Source: Corynebacterium glutamicum ATCC 13032 (lineage in GTDB: Bacteria > Actinomycetota > Actinomycetes > Mycobacteriales > Mycobacteriaceae). Taken from it: 32,000 bases of DNA. The notes beneath the pieces are model-generated. The model saw nothing but the letters and a program-made list of their open reading frames with translations. It did not search any database and was not told where the DNA came from. Location of the stretch: contig NC_003450.3 in the NCBI RefSeq assembly GCF_000011325.1, positions 3,277,402 to 3,309,401 on the forward strand, read 5' to 3'. The position numbers and the translations under genes are program-made. Shown piece by piece: positions 15,132 through 24,408 of the stretch (positions are counted from its first letter, which is position 1; every line of letters begins with the position of its first letter).

Positions 15132-16100
15132 ATGAGTGACTTGAAACCCGAGGGGACTACTAGCGGAGCGCCTAAACGCAGGCGCCGCCGCCGTTCTCGC
15201 CGTCCTTCAGGTCAGAACCAAAACCCAAACCAAAACAGGCAGGGACAACAGGGGCAGCAAACCCAAAATCAGCCCCAAGCCCAGCCACAAAGCCAACAGG
15301 CCCAACCCCAAAAGCAGAACCAGCAGGGCCAAAATCAGGGCCAAGCTTCTGAGAAAACCTCTCAGAGGCCAAAGCGCCGTCGGTCCCGCAGGAACCCGAA
15401 GAGCAACAACACCCAACAACACAGCCAAAACAGTCAAAACAACCAGAACAGCCAAAACTCCCAGCAAAACACCCAAACCCAAACCTCTCAGTCGAATAAG
15501 CAGAAGTCTCAGGACAACCGCAGGGGTAAGGGTCGTAGGTCTCCAACCAGGAGGCGTTCCAACACGAGGGTGAATCAGGCGTGGCAGCAGTCCCGTTTGG
15601 TTACTTCTGATGAGACTTCCGCAGGTGGTCTCGTGGTGTCAGGTTTGGCTGAGGCGGTCAACGCTAACAATGAGGTTGATCTGTCGAAGATTTATGTTGC
15701 GTTGATTGGTCGCCTTGATCGTCGTGGTCGTTTGTTGTGGTCGATGCCGAAGGGCCATGTTGAGCCTGGTGAGGATAAGGCTGCGACTGCTGAGCGTGAG
15801 GTGTGGGAGGAGACCGGCATCCACGGTGAGGTGTTCACTGAGTTGGGTGTGATTGATTATTGGTTCGTTTCGGAAGGGAAGCGGATCCATAAGACGGTGC
15901 ATCATCATTTGTTGCGTTATGTTGATGGCGATTTGAATGATGAGGATCCAGAAGTCACTGAGGTGGCGTGGATTCCGGCGAATCAGTTGATTGAGCATTT
16001 GGCTTTTGCGGATGAGCGGAAGTTGGCTAGGCAGGCGCATGATTTGTTGCCTGAGTTTGCTTTGAAGGAAAAGGCGGAGGGAAGGTCCACCCCAAGGTGA
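15132..16100 (+). CDS. NUDIX hydrolase (MutT4/Rv3908 position) with a ~160-aa Gln/Asn-rich, poly-Arg N-terminal extension
   Basis: The Nudix box 'GHVEPGEDKAATAEREVWEETGI' lies in the C-terminal half. The N-terminal half is low-complexity sequence (see findings). The stop overlaps the next gene's GTG (GTGA at 16097-16100). Confidence 0.85.
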   Translation: MSDLKPEGTTSGAPKRRRRRRSRRPSGQNQNPNQNRQGQQGQQTQNQPQAQPQSQQAQPQKQNQQGQNQGQASEKTSQRPKRRRSRRNPKSNNTQQHSQNSQNNQNSQNSQQNTQTQTSQSNKQKSQDNRRGKGRRSPTRRRSNTRVNQAWQQSRLVTSDETSAGGLVVSGLAEAVNANNEVDLSKIYVALIGRLDRRGRLLWSMPKGHVEPGEDKAATAEREVWEETGIHGEVFTELGVIDYWFVSEGKRIHKTVHHHLLRYVDGDLNDEDPEVTEVAWIPANQLIEHLAFADERKLARQAHDLLPEFALKEKAEGRSTPR

Positions 16101-18610
16101 TTCCGAACCCCAACCCGAACCCCAAAGCCAAAACTCTTCGCCTCGTTTCAGCGCTGACCGCCATCACTGTGGTGGGTTTTAGCGCTTCACCTGTTCATGC
16201 GTTGCCGATTCCGTTGGATCCTTCTGATCCGGCGGTGTCGGAGTTGTGGGTGAATCCGAATGCGCGGGCTGATGATGAGCTTTCTGGTGTGGATGTAGAG
16301 ATCTCGGATTTTGTCATGCCGAATAGCAATCTAACTGTGCAGGTGGGGGAGTCTTTTAAGGCGCAGGTTCGGGTGACTAATCGTTCGTCGGAGACGTTGA
16401 GCAATATTACGTTGCAGGCGCGTCGTGCGGAGGCGTCGTTTGATATGGCGAGTGCTCGGGTGGCGGCGACGGATAATAATTATGGCTACTTCGGCGCGAT
16501 GGTGACTCTTGATGATGAGTTGGAGCCGGGGGAGAGTGTTGAGACTGAGGTGGAGATTTCTACCGATAGTTTGTCGATTTCTCAGCCGGGTTCTTATCCG
16601 ACGATGTTGGCGTTGTCGGGGCAGCTTGATGGGGTGGCGCAGCATTTGGATTCGCAGCGTTTCCTTCTGCCAGTCCTCAGCGATACAACTGATACAGAAG
16701 ACACCGCCACCCCCACGACGATGATTTACCCGATATCAGCCCAGACGAATGTGTTGGGTGGTGAGACCGGCGAGGCGCCGGAAGAGCCGCCTTTGCTGGT
16801 CAGTTCCGACGCGCTTGCGGGCGAGTTGGATGAGGGCGGTCGTTTGCAAAAGCTTATCGACGCCTACCTCCAGTCTTCACCCGCCGTGCAGCAAGCCACG
16901 TGCCTTGCTATTGATCCGCAGCTTCTTGATGTGGTGGATCGCATGACCGGCGGTTACACCGTGACCGATACTCGTCCCAGTACGGTGCGGCAGAATCAGC
17001 GGCTTCGTGAGTTGTGGACTGCCGATAATCAACCCACCAATGGTGTCGCGGGCACGGGTGCGGAAAACGCTGCCATTTTCTTGGAGAAACTCCGACAGGC
17101 CACAGCCACCTCGTGCACCGTGGCGTTGCCGTGGGCGAATGCTGATCTAAATGCAGTGAGCCAAACCGGTAATCAGTGGTTGATGCGCGAGGCGCTACAG
17201 CGAGGTGTCACCACCTTTGAAGAAGTGTTGGGTGTTATTCCGGAATCCAATGTGGTGATTCCTGGAAATGGTTTTGTGGAGCCCTCCACCGTGGGTGATC
17301 TCGGATGGGCGGAAGTAACGCTTAATCCGGATCAGGCGTGGGAGGTGCAGTCAGAGGAGTTGGTTGCTGCCCCTGATGCCACAGAGCAAAGCGCATTGGA
17401 TAACCCTAAGCCAACGCCAGGCACGGTGACGCCGCCAACCCCTATGTCAACGGTGTCCGTGTTGGTTTCTGATAACACGGTGTGGCGCACAACGAGCGCG
17501 GATCGGTTCCACTCTTTGGCTCCGGGAATAACTGGGGTGTCGTATCAGGGATCGTTATCGGCAACCTTGGCTACCTTGGGACAAAACCCTGAGACTGTGG
17601 GCTATTCCAATCCGGATTCGCGTTATGACTACGCCATGGATTCTGAGAGCGCCCGCAATCTCACCGGCCAGGCGGCGCTGCGCTTGACGGTGGACAACGG
17701 CGATGAAGACTCTCCCGTGTTGATCATGCCGAGCGCGGTGCTGGGCGCCGAAGACGGCGCGATGTTGCTTGAGACCACCGGGGCTTTGCTTGCCGACGGC
17801 TCCGCCCGACCTTTTTCCCTGCAGCAATATGTCACTGCCAATGCGGAACAAAGAAATACTTTGGCCACAGCAACAACTCCACCGGATGACACTGCTTTTG
17901 GTGCACCCTACGACGATCCTGCGTCATTGACGGAAACCGAAATTCTGCGAACCACTCAGCAGGCGGAGTACATCGATGATCTCACTGGCATCATGTCCAA
18001 TGATCCCAGCATTGCACTGACCCGTTATGGGTTTACAGCACCGCTGCGGCAAGATCTGCTGCGCGCGTTGAGTATCAGTGAGCGTCGTTCGTTAGCTCGC
18101 CACACCCAGGCAACCTCTGCTGCCGATAAATTACTTAATCGCAACCGCGATACTCTGCAGAAGCTGCGTAGCTCTGTGGCGTTGTTGCCGCCGGGAAATG
18201 TGTATACCCGAACCTCGGAATCGTCTCCGTTGTTGATTGTGGCGCAAAACGGTTTGCCATTGCCCGCGGAGACTCAGATTTTGTATTCCGGAAATCAGGA
18301 TGCGCACATCAATACTCCGGGTGTGGTTCGTATTCCGGCGCAGGGTTCCATCACCTTGCAGATGACTGCGGATTTGCCCGATGACAATCTGCGCACTGAT
18401 CTCACGTTGTGGTTGGCATCCCCAGATGGGGCCACCATTAGTGAACCTGTGGAAATTACTGTCCAGCCTCGCCCGAATTTGGGCACCACGCTGTTTTTCG
18501 TGGCAGCGGGCATTCTGGCAGTAGGAGGGTTGTTGTTTATACGGAAGAAACGAAACGTCGAAAAGCGCTCGCCCGGTACGGGATCGCCCAAACCGCCACC
18601 AACCCACTAA
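16097..18610 (+). CDS. Large conserved actinobacterial extracytoplasmic protein of unknown function (Rv3909 position), with N-terminal signal peptide and C-terminal TM anchor
   Basis: 837 aa. The signal-like N-terminus is 'LRLVSALTAITVVGFSASPVHA'. The C-terminal helix is 'LFFVAAGILAVGGLLFI' followed by 'RKKRN'. Translationally coupled to the NUDIX gene. Confidence 0.75.
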   Translation: MIPNPNPNPKAKTLRLVSALTAITVVGFSASPVHALPIPLDPSDPAVSELWVNPNARADDELSGVDVEISDFVMPNSNLTVQVGESFKAQVRVTNRSSETLSNITLQARRAEASFDMASARVAATDNNYGYFGAMVTLDDELEPGESVETEVEISTDSLSISQPGSYPTMLALSGQLDGVAQHLDSQRFLLPVLSDTTDTEDTATPTTMIYPISAQTNVLGGETGEAPEEPPLLVSSDALAGELDEGGRLQKLIDAYLQSSPAVQQATCLAIDPQLLDVVDRMTGGYTVTDTRPSTVRQNQRLRELWTADNQPTNGVAGTGAENAAIFLEKLRQATATSCTVALPWANADLNAVSQTGNQWLMREALQRGVTTFEEVLGVIPESNVVIPGNGFVEPSTVGDLGWAEVTLNPDQAWEVQSEELVAAPDATEQSALDNPKPTPGTVTPPTPMSTVSVLVSDNTVWRTTSADRFHSLAPGITGVSYQGSLSATLATLGQNPETVGYSNPDSRYDYAMDSESARNLTGQAALRLTVDNGDEDSPVLIMPSAVLGAEDGAMLLETTGALLADGSARPFSLQQYVTANAEQRNTLATATTPPDDTAFGAPYDDPASLTETEILRTTQQAEYIDDLTGIMSNDPSIALTRYGFTAPLRQDLLRALSISERRSLARHTQATSAADKLLNRNRDTLQKLRSSVALLPPGNVYTRTSESSPLLIVAQNGLPLPAETQILYSGNQDAHINTPGVVRIPAQGSITLQMTADLPDDNLRTDLTLWLASPDGATISEPVEITVQPRPNLGTTLFFVAAGILAVGGLLFIRKKRNVEKRSPGTGSPKPPPTH

Positions 18611-18662
18611 CGTATCGCATAGTTATTTTCGCCGTGCTCGCCGTTAAGGCGCGCACTCGTAC

Positions 18663-21600
18663 ATGAATGGTCAACAAGTGAGTTCTTCGCTTTCGAATAA
18701 TTCGGAGCAGTCCGGCCTGCGTGGCAGGATCGTTGCTCCAGCACCGCCGGCGCCTGTGCCCGAGGCGCGCAAGAAGGCTGTCGCACGCACGGATGGTGAT
18801 CGCTCGAGTTTGAAAAACTCGCCTACGGCATCCGCCACCCAGGCAGCCCAGACGCGCCCGGCAGAACCGGAACCAGAAAAGCACACCTCCGATTCTGATG
18901 TGGTGCGCTCGACTGGCTCCATGGCAATAGCCACGCTGCTGAGTCGTATCACCGGTTTCCTGCGCACCGTGATGATTGGTGCGGCGCTGTCGCCGGCCAT
19001 CGCTTCGGCGTTCAACACTGCCAACACGCTGCCCAACCTGATCACTGAAATCGTGTTGGGTGCGGTGCTGACATCGCTGGTTATTCCGGTCCTTACCCGC
19101 GCGGAAAAAGAAGACGCCGACGGCGGTTCCGGGTTCTTCAGGCGGCTGCTCACCCTGTCGGTGACGCTGCTGGGTGGTGTCACCATCCTGTCGATTATCG
19201 GCGCGCCGCTGCTGACACGGATGATGCTGTCCTCTGAGGGACAAGTCAACGTGGTCATGTCCACGGCCTTTGCGTATTGGCTGCTGCCACAGATTTTCTT
19301 CTACGGCCTGTTTGCCCTGTTCATGGCTGTGTTGAACACCCGTGAAGTGTTCAAACCCGGCGCGTGGGCACCTGTTGTCAACAATGTGATCACCTTGACC
19401 GTGCTGGGCGTGTACATGGTGCTGCCTGCGCGTTTGCACCCGCATGAGCAGGTGGGCATTTTTGATCCGCAGATCATTTTCCTCGGCGTGGGCACCACCC
19501 TTGGTGTGGTTGCACAGTGTCTAATCATGATTCCGTACCTGCGTCGCGCGGGCATTGATATGCGCCCTCTGTGGGGTATCGATGCGCGTTTGAAGCAATT
19601 CGGTGGCATGGCGATGGCGATCATCGTGTACGTGGCAATCTCCCAGTTCGGTTACATCATCACCACTCGCATTGCGTCGATTGCAGACGATGCTGCGCCG
19701 TTTATTTATCAGCAGCACTGGATGTTGCTGCAAGTTCCTTATGGCATCATCGGCGTCACCTTGCTCACCGCGATTATGCCGCGACTGTCCCGCAACGCGG
19801 CAGACGGCGATGATAGGGCAGTAGTCTCTGACCTTCAGTTGGGTTCCAAGCTAACCTTCATCGCACTGATCCCCATCGTGGTGTTCTTCACCGCCTTCGG
19901 TGTCCCTATTGCCAATGGCCTTTTTGCCTACGGCCAATTCGATGCCAACGCCGCCAACATCCTTGGTTGGACTCTGAGCTTCTCTGCTTTCACGCTGATT
20001 CCTTACGCTTTGGTGCTGCTACATCTGCGTGTGTTTTATGCGCGTGAAGAGGTCTGGACCCCAACCTTCATCATCGCCGGCATCACCGCCACCAAGGTCG
20101 TGCTTTCCCTGTTGGCACCGCTGCTGTCGAGCTCCCCGGAGCGTGTGGTGGTGCTTCTTGGTGCGGCCAACGGTTTCAGTTTCATCACCGGCGCGGTCAT
20201 CGGCGCGTATCTGTTGCGCAACAAACTCGGCCTGTTGGGTATGCGCTCTTTGGCTAAAACCTCCCTGTGGGCGTTGGGCTCTGCGGCGGTTGGTGCAGCA
20301 GCAGCATGGGCGTTGGGGTGGCTGATTCAAGCCGTCGTGGGCGATTTCTTGCTGGGCACTCTAAGCTCCGTAGGCTACTTGTTGTACCTGGCTGTGTTGG
20401 GTGTCTTCTTCATCTTCGTCACCGGCATCGTGTTGTCACGTTCTGGTTTGCCGGAGGTCCAAAACTTGGGCCAGGCACTGACCCGCATCCCAGGTTTGAG
20501 CCGGTTTATTCGCCCGAATACCAAGATCTCTTTGGATGTCGGCGAAGTCTCCGAGCAGGATTTCTCCACCCAGCTGGTCGCGCCAAGCGAGTTCGCAGCA
20601 ACCCCTGTGCCGCCACCGATGTCCGCCGGTATTGTCCGCGGACCTCGCCTGGTTCCCGGCGCCCCAGTCGGCGACGGTCGTTTCCGTCTGCTCGCCGATC
20701 ACGGCGGCGTCCAAGGCGCGCGTTTCTGGCAGGCCCGCGAGATCGCCACCGGCAAGGAAGTCGCGCTGATCTTTGTGGATACTTCCGGCAACGCCCCATT
20801 TGCGCCACTGTCTTCGGCAGCCGCAGCGGGCATCGCCTACGAGGTGCAGCGCCGCACCAAGAAGCTGGCCAGCTTGGGCAGCTTGGCGGTAGCCCCCAAC
20901 ATCCACTCCGAGGCGTACCGCAACGGTTGCCTCATTGTGGCCGATTGGGTGCCTGGCTCCAGCTTGAGCGCCGTCGCGGAATCCGGTGCCGATCCCCGCG
21001 CCGCCGCGTTCGCGCTCGCGGAACTAACTGAAACCATCGGCGAGGCCCACGAGATGGGTATCCCGGCCGGCTTGGACAACAAGTGCCGCATCCGCATCAA
21101 CACCGACGGCCATGCCGTCCTCGCCTTCCCGGCGATTTTGCCCGATGCCTCAGAGCTCCGCGACGCCAAGTCCCTGGCCTCGGCCGCCGAGATGCTTATC
21201 GACGCGACCCTCGCTCCCAGCGACGTCAAGGCAATGGTCACTGAAGCCCAGGGGCTAGCTACAGAAGACAATCCCGATTACGCATCACTTGCCATGGCGA
21301 TGCGCACCTGCGGACTGTTCACCGAGGAACCAACCCACCTTGTGGTGAAGAAGGAAAAGACACCAAAGCCTGCGACACGTGATGGTTTCGGTGCCTCCGA
21401 CTACACCGTCAAGGGCATGGCAGCCATCGCCGCTGTGGTGATCATCTTGGTTTCCCTGGTGGCCGCCGGTACCGCGTTCCTCACCAGCTTCTTCGGCAGC
21501 AGCACCAACGAACAATCCCCGTTGGCCTCTGTTGAAGCCACCACCTCTGCAACACCAGAACCTGTGGGGCCACCGGTCTACCTGGATCTGGATCAAGCCC

Positions 21601-22007
21601 GCACGTGGGATGACGGTGCAGGAACAGATGTCACCGACGTCACCGACGGCAACACCTCCACCGCATGGACCTCCACCGGCGGCGACGGCCTCCTAGTTGA
21701 CCTGTCCACGCCTGCCCGCCTCGACCGCGTCATCTTGACCACCGGCACCGGCTCCGACAGCAACGTGACCTCGACCGTGAAGATCTACGCATTCAACGAC
21801 GCCTCACCACACTCCCTGTCGGAAGGCATCGAGATCGGCACCGTGGATTATTCCGGCCGCAGTCTCAGCCACAGCATCCGCGATTCCTCCAAGCTTCCGG
21901 GTCAGGTGGAATCCGTGGTGATTCTGGTCGATGAGGTTCGTTCCTCACAAACCTCAGACACCAATCCACAGATGCAGATCGCTGAAGTACAACTTGTTGG
22001 TTGGTAA
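18663..22007 (+). CDS. murJ: Lipid II flippase MurJ/MviN fused to an intracellular pseudokinase domain and an extracellular discoidin-like domain
   Basis: 1,114 aa. 'SMAIATLLSRITGFLRTVMIGAAL' opens a polytopic MurJ core. A kinase-like region starts at 'GRFRLLADHGG...EVALIFVD' (about nt 20650-21330). An extra TM helix lies at about 21418-21495. The C-terminal domain ends '...QMQIAEVQLVGW'. This is the same architecture as M. tuberculosis MviN (Rv3910). Confidence 0.9.
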   Translation: MNGQQVSSSLSNNSEQSGLRGRIVAPAPPAPVPEARKKAVARTDGDRSSLKNSPTASATQAAQTRPAEPEPEKHTSDSDVVRSTGSMAIATLLSRITGFLRTVMIGAALSPAIASAFNTANTLPNLITEIVLGAVLTSLVIPVLTRAEKEDADGGSGFFRRLLTLSVTLLGGVTILSIIGAPLLTRMMLSSEGQVNVVMSTAFAYWLLPQIFFYGLFALFMAVLNTREVFKPGAWAPVVNNVITLTVLGVYMVLPARLHPHEQVGIFDPQIIFLGVGTTLGVVAQCLIMIPYLRRAGIDMRPLWGIDARLKQFGGMAMAIIVYVAISQFGYIITTRIASIADDAAPFIYQQHWMLLQVPYGIIGVTLLTAIMPRLSRNAADGDDRAVVSDLQLGSKLTFIALIPIVVFFTAFGVPIANGLFAYGQFDANAANILGWTLSFSAFTLIPYALVLLHLRVFYAREEVWTPTFIIAGITATKVVLSLLAPLLSSSPERVVVLLGAANGFSFITGAVIGAYLLRNKLGLLGMRSLAKTSLWALGSAAVGAAAAWALGWLIQAVVGDFLLGTLSSVGYLLYLAVLGVFFIFVTGIVLSRSGLPEVQNLGQALTRIPGLSRFIRPNTKISLDVGEVSEQDFSTQLVAPSEFAATPVPPPMSAGIVRGPRLVPGAPVGDGRFRLLADHGGVQGARFWQAREIATGKEVALIFVDTSGNAPFAPLSSAAAAGIAYEVQRRTKKLASLGSLAVAPNIHSEAYRNGCLIVADWVPGSSLSAVAESGADPRAAAFALAELTETIGEAHEMGIPAGLDNKCRIRINTDGHAVLAFPAILPDASELRDAKSLASAAEMLIDATLAPSDVKAMVTEAQGLATEDNPDYASLAMAMRTCGLFTEEPTHLVVKKEKTPKPATRDGFGASDYTVKGMAAIAAVVIILVSLVAAGTAFLTSFFGSSTNEQSPLASVEATTSATPEPVGPPVYLDLDQARTWDDGAGTDVTDVTDGNTSTAWTSTGGDGLLVDLSTPARLDRVILTTGTGSDSNVTSTVKIYAFNDASPHSLSEGIEIGTVDYSGRSLSHSIRDSSKLPGQVESVVILVDEVRSSQTSDTNPQMQIAEVQLVGW

Positions 22008-22040
22008 ATTACGCGTTTGTGATTGACCCCCATTAAGGTG

Positions 22041-22082
22041 CGCCCGCCCTCAGTTTCACTAACTGAAGGCGGGCGTTTTTAA
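22041..22082 (+). terminator. Intrinsic terminator after murJ
   Basis: cgcccgccctcagtt / aactgaaggcgggcg form a perfect 15-bp stem followed by tttttaattt. Confidence 0.85.
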
Positions 22083-22260
22083 TTTATATATAGCTTCAGC
22101 TCACAGGTATTTTCCAGAAAGAAGAGCCCTCAAAGTATGTAGCACCTCAGCGACACCTCCCACTTGAGTGGGCGCCGAGAAGTATCTCTCAATGGAAAAT
22201 CTGCCCATACTAAGCCGCATAAGGGATACGGGGTGTGTCCCTCAACCTGCGGGGGATCTT

Positions 22261-22866
22261 ATGACAGTACTGCCTAAAAACCATGACCTAAGCGATACCC
22301 AACTCGTCAAACAGTTTATATCTGGCGACTCCAGGGCATTTTCCACCATCATTCACCGCCACGAACGACATATGATGCAGGCAGCCAGAAAATACGGGCG
22401 GAAACCAGAAGACGCCCAAGACATTCTCCAAGAAGCTCTCTTTCGCGCCAGCCGAAACATGCACCTTTATAGAGCAGAAGCAGCTCTCGGCACGTGGCTC
22501 CACAAACTTGTCCTGAATAGCGGCTTCGATTGGGCTACCCACCGCTCCCAAGTAGAATTCCCCATCCTTAACGAACCAACAATCGATTTAGAAAAAGATC
22601 CTCGCCTAGCCACCGACCCCTTGGGCTACCTCGATGTCGCCATGACAATTCGATCCGCCATCGACCAATTACACCCCGATCAACGCATCGCCTTAATACT
22701 TGTCGACCTCGGCGGCTACACCGTAGAAGATGTGGCCGAAATCGAAGGAATCAAAGTAGGTACCGTTAAATCACGCCGAGGGCGCGCACGCAAAGCGTTG
22801 CGCGCCCTTTTACATGCAGATTTCTTCGGGCCCGAAGATGGCTCCATACAGTGCGAAAGCAACTGA
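22261..22866 (+). CDS. sigM: ECF sigma factor SigM
   Basis: 201 aa from ATG 22261 (GGGGGA ribosome-binding site; the track ORF starts at 22168). The sigma-70 region 2 is 'QEALFRASRNMHLY' and region 4 is 'YTVEDVAEIEGIKVGTVKSRRGRARKAL'. The position upstream of trxB-trxA matches actinobacterial sigM. Confidence 0.85.
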   Translation: MTVLPKNHDLSDTQLVKQFISGDSRAFSTIIHRHERHMMQAARKYGRKPEDAQDILQEALFRASRNMHLYRAEAALGTWLHKLVLNSGFDWATHRSQVEFPILNEPTIDLEKDPRLATDPLGYLDVAMTIRSAIDQLHPDQRIALILVDLGGYTVEDVAEIEGIKVGTVKSRRGRARKALRALLHADFFGPEDGSIQCESN

Positions 22867-22867
22867 T

Positions 22868-22896
22868 GGAAGTTTTTCAAAGTGTCTGACGTTGAA
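22868..22896 (+). promoter_or_regulatory. ECF (SigH/SigM-type) promoter candidate upstream of trxB
   Basis: GGAAGT-N16-CGTTGAA fits the corynebacterial SigH/SigM pattern GGAA(T/C)(A/T)...(C/T)GTT(G/A)(A/T)(A/T). It lies 75 nt upstream of the trxB ATG. Confidence 0.5.
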
Positions 22897-22970
22897 AACG
22901 GTGAGTTCACAACTAGGGTGAATGGTGCACGTGATGCTGCACTTTTACGTTTACTACTTTGAGGGAAACA

Positions 22971-23924
22971 ATGTCTGAAGAACAATCTGCCGTAGCACCA
23001 AAGATTCATGATGTCGCCATCATCGGCTCCGGTCCAGCTGGCTATACCGCAGCAGTATATGCAGCCCGCGCTGACCTCAACCCCATCATGTTCGAGGGCT
23101 ATGAATACGGTGGATCTTTGATGACCACTACTGACGTGGAAAACTTCCCAGGCTTTGAAAAGGGAATCCTGGGCCCAGAGCTCATGGAAAACATGCGCGC
23201 TCAGGCCGAGCGTTTCGGCACCGACATGCACATGGAGCTTGTCGACCGCGTTGATCTCACCGGCGACATCAAGAAGCTGTGGGTCGGCGACGATGAGTAC
23301 CACGCGCGTGCTGTCATCTTGTCCATGGGTTCTGCACCTCGCTACTTGGGTGTGAAGGGCGAGCAGGAACTGCTCGGCCGCGGCGTTTCTGCATGTGCAA
23401 CCTGCGATGGTTTCTTCTTCCGCGATCAGGACATCGCCGTGATCGGTGGTGGCGACTCCGCGATGGAGGAAGCAACCTTCCTCACCAAGTTCGCTCGCAG
23501 TGTCACCATCGTGCACCGCCGCGAAGAGTTCCGCGCCAGCGCCATCATGCTGGAGCGTGCTCAGAAGAACGAGAAGATTCGCTTCGTCACCAACAAGACT
23601 GTCGAAGAGGTCATCGAGGCAGACGGCAAGGTCAGCGGTCTGAAGCTCAACGACACCGTCACTGGTGAAGATTCCGTCTTGGATGTCACCGCCATGTTCG
23701 TTGCCATCGGCCATGATCCACGCTCTGAAATCCTCGCAGGTCAGGTCGAGGTTGATCCTTCCAACTACGTTTTGGTTCAGGAGCCTTCCACCCGCACCAA
23801 CCTTGATGGTGTTTTCGCTGCTGGCGACCTGGTGGACAGCCACTACCAGCAGGCCATCACCGCAGCTGGTTCCGGTTGCCGCGCAGCGATCGATGCAGAG
23901 CATTACCTAGCTTCTCTGGCCTAA
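22971..23924 (+). CDS. trxB: Thioredoxin reductase
   Basis: 317 aa from ATG 22971 (GAGGGAAA ribosome-binding site). The FAD motif is '[12 protein letters not shown]', the redox centre is 'CATCDG', and the NADPH motif is '[12 protein letters not shown]'. Confidence 0.95.
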   Translation: MSEEQSAVAPKIHDVAIIGSGPAGYTAAVYAARADLNPIMFEGYEYGGSLMTTTDVENFPGFEKGILGPELMENMRAQAERFGTDMHMELVDRVDLTGDIKKLWVGDDEYHARAVILSMGSAPRYLGVKGEQELLGRGVSACATCDGFFFRDQDIAVIGGGDSAMEEATFLTKFARSVTIVHRREEFRASAIMLERAQKNEKIRFVTNKTVEEVIEADGKVSGLKLNDTVTGEDSVLDVTAMFVAIGHDPRSEILAGQVEVDPSNYVLVQEPSTRTNLDGVFAAGDLVDSHYQQAITAAGSGCRAAIDAEHYLASLA

Positions 23925-24008
23925 TTCACAGTTAGCCTTAAACCAAACCATGTACCAATGAATGTCGGATTCCCCAGGAGTCCCGTCATTGTTAATTTAG
24001 GAGAAACC

Positions 24009-24332
24009 ATGAGCAATGTTGTTGCAGTAACCGAGCAGACCTTCAAGTCCACCGTCATCGATTCCGACAAGCCAGTCATCGTTGACTTCTGGGCAGAATG
24101 GTGTGGCCCCTGCAAGAAGCTCAGCCCCATCATTGAGGAAATCGCAGGCGAGTACGGCGACAAGGCAGTCGTTGCCAGCGTCGACGTCGATGCAGAGCGT
24201 ACCTTGGGTGCCATGTTCCAGATTATGTCGATTCCTTCTGTTCTCATTTTCAAAAATGGTGCAAAAGTCGAGGAATTTGTCGGTCTGCGCCCCAAGAACG
24301 AAATTGTGGAAAAACTAGAGAAGCACCTCTAG
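24009..24332 (+). CDS. trxA: Thioredoxin
   Basis: 107 aa from ATG 24009 (AGGAGAAA ribosome-binding site). Active site 'WAEWCGPCK'. Confidence 0.95.
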   Translation: MSNVVAVTEQTFKSTVIDSDKPVIVDFWAEWCGPCKKLSPIIEEIAGEYGDKAVVASVDVDAERTLGAMFQIMSIPSVLIFKNGAKVEEFVGLRPKNEIVEKLEKHL

Positions 24333-24408
24333 CTGGTATTCTTACTGCAGTCACGTGGATGAACTATATCCATTGATAATTTTGAACATGAATGATGGAA
24401 GGAGCAGG

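Noticed and set aside
15172-15546. 124-aa and 91-aa minus-strand ORFs over the NUDIX N-terminal region
   Set aside because: Artefacts of the CAA/CAG/AAC-rich low-complexity DNA. The plus-strand frame continues directly into a bona fide Nudix fold.
16892-16907. CACGTG-centred near-palindrome CAAGCCACGTGCCTTG
   Set aside because: Only the central hexamer resembles parS. It sits inside a coding region and is probably fortuitous.
18537-19445. 302-aa minus-strand ORF, plus other internal ORFs across 18.6-21.6 kb (for example 20267..21031)
   Set aside because: These are antisense or out of frame relative to murJ. They are Arg/His/Gln-rich with no motifs, and the murJ frame is continuous and well supported.
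22716-23903. 395-aa minus-strand ORF
   Set aside because: Antisense shadow of trxB. No recognisable motifs, whereas the plus-strand frame carries FAD, NADPH and CATC motifs.
23925-24008. Possible second ECF promoter upstream of trxA (GGATTC-N18-GTTAAT)
   Set aside because: The -35 element deviates from GGAA and the spacing is long. trxA may simply be co-transcribed with trxB.
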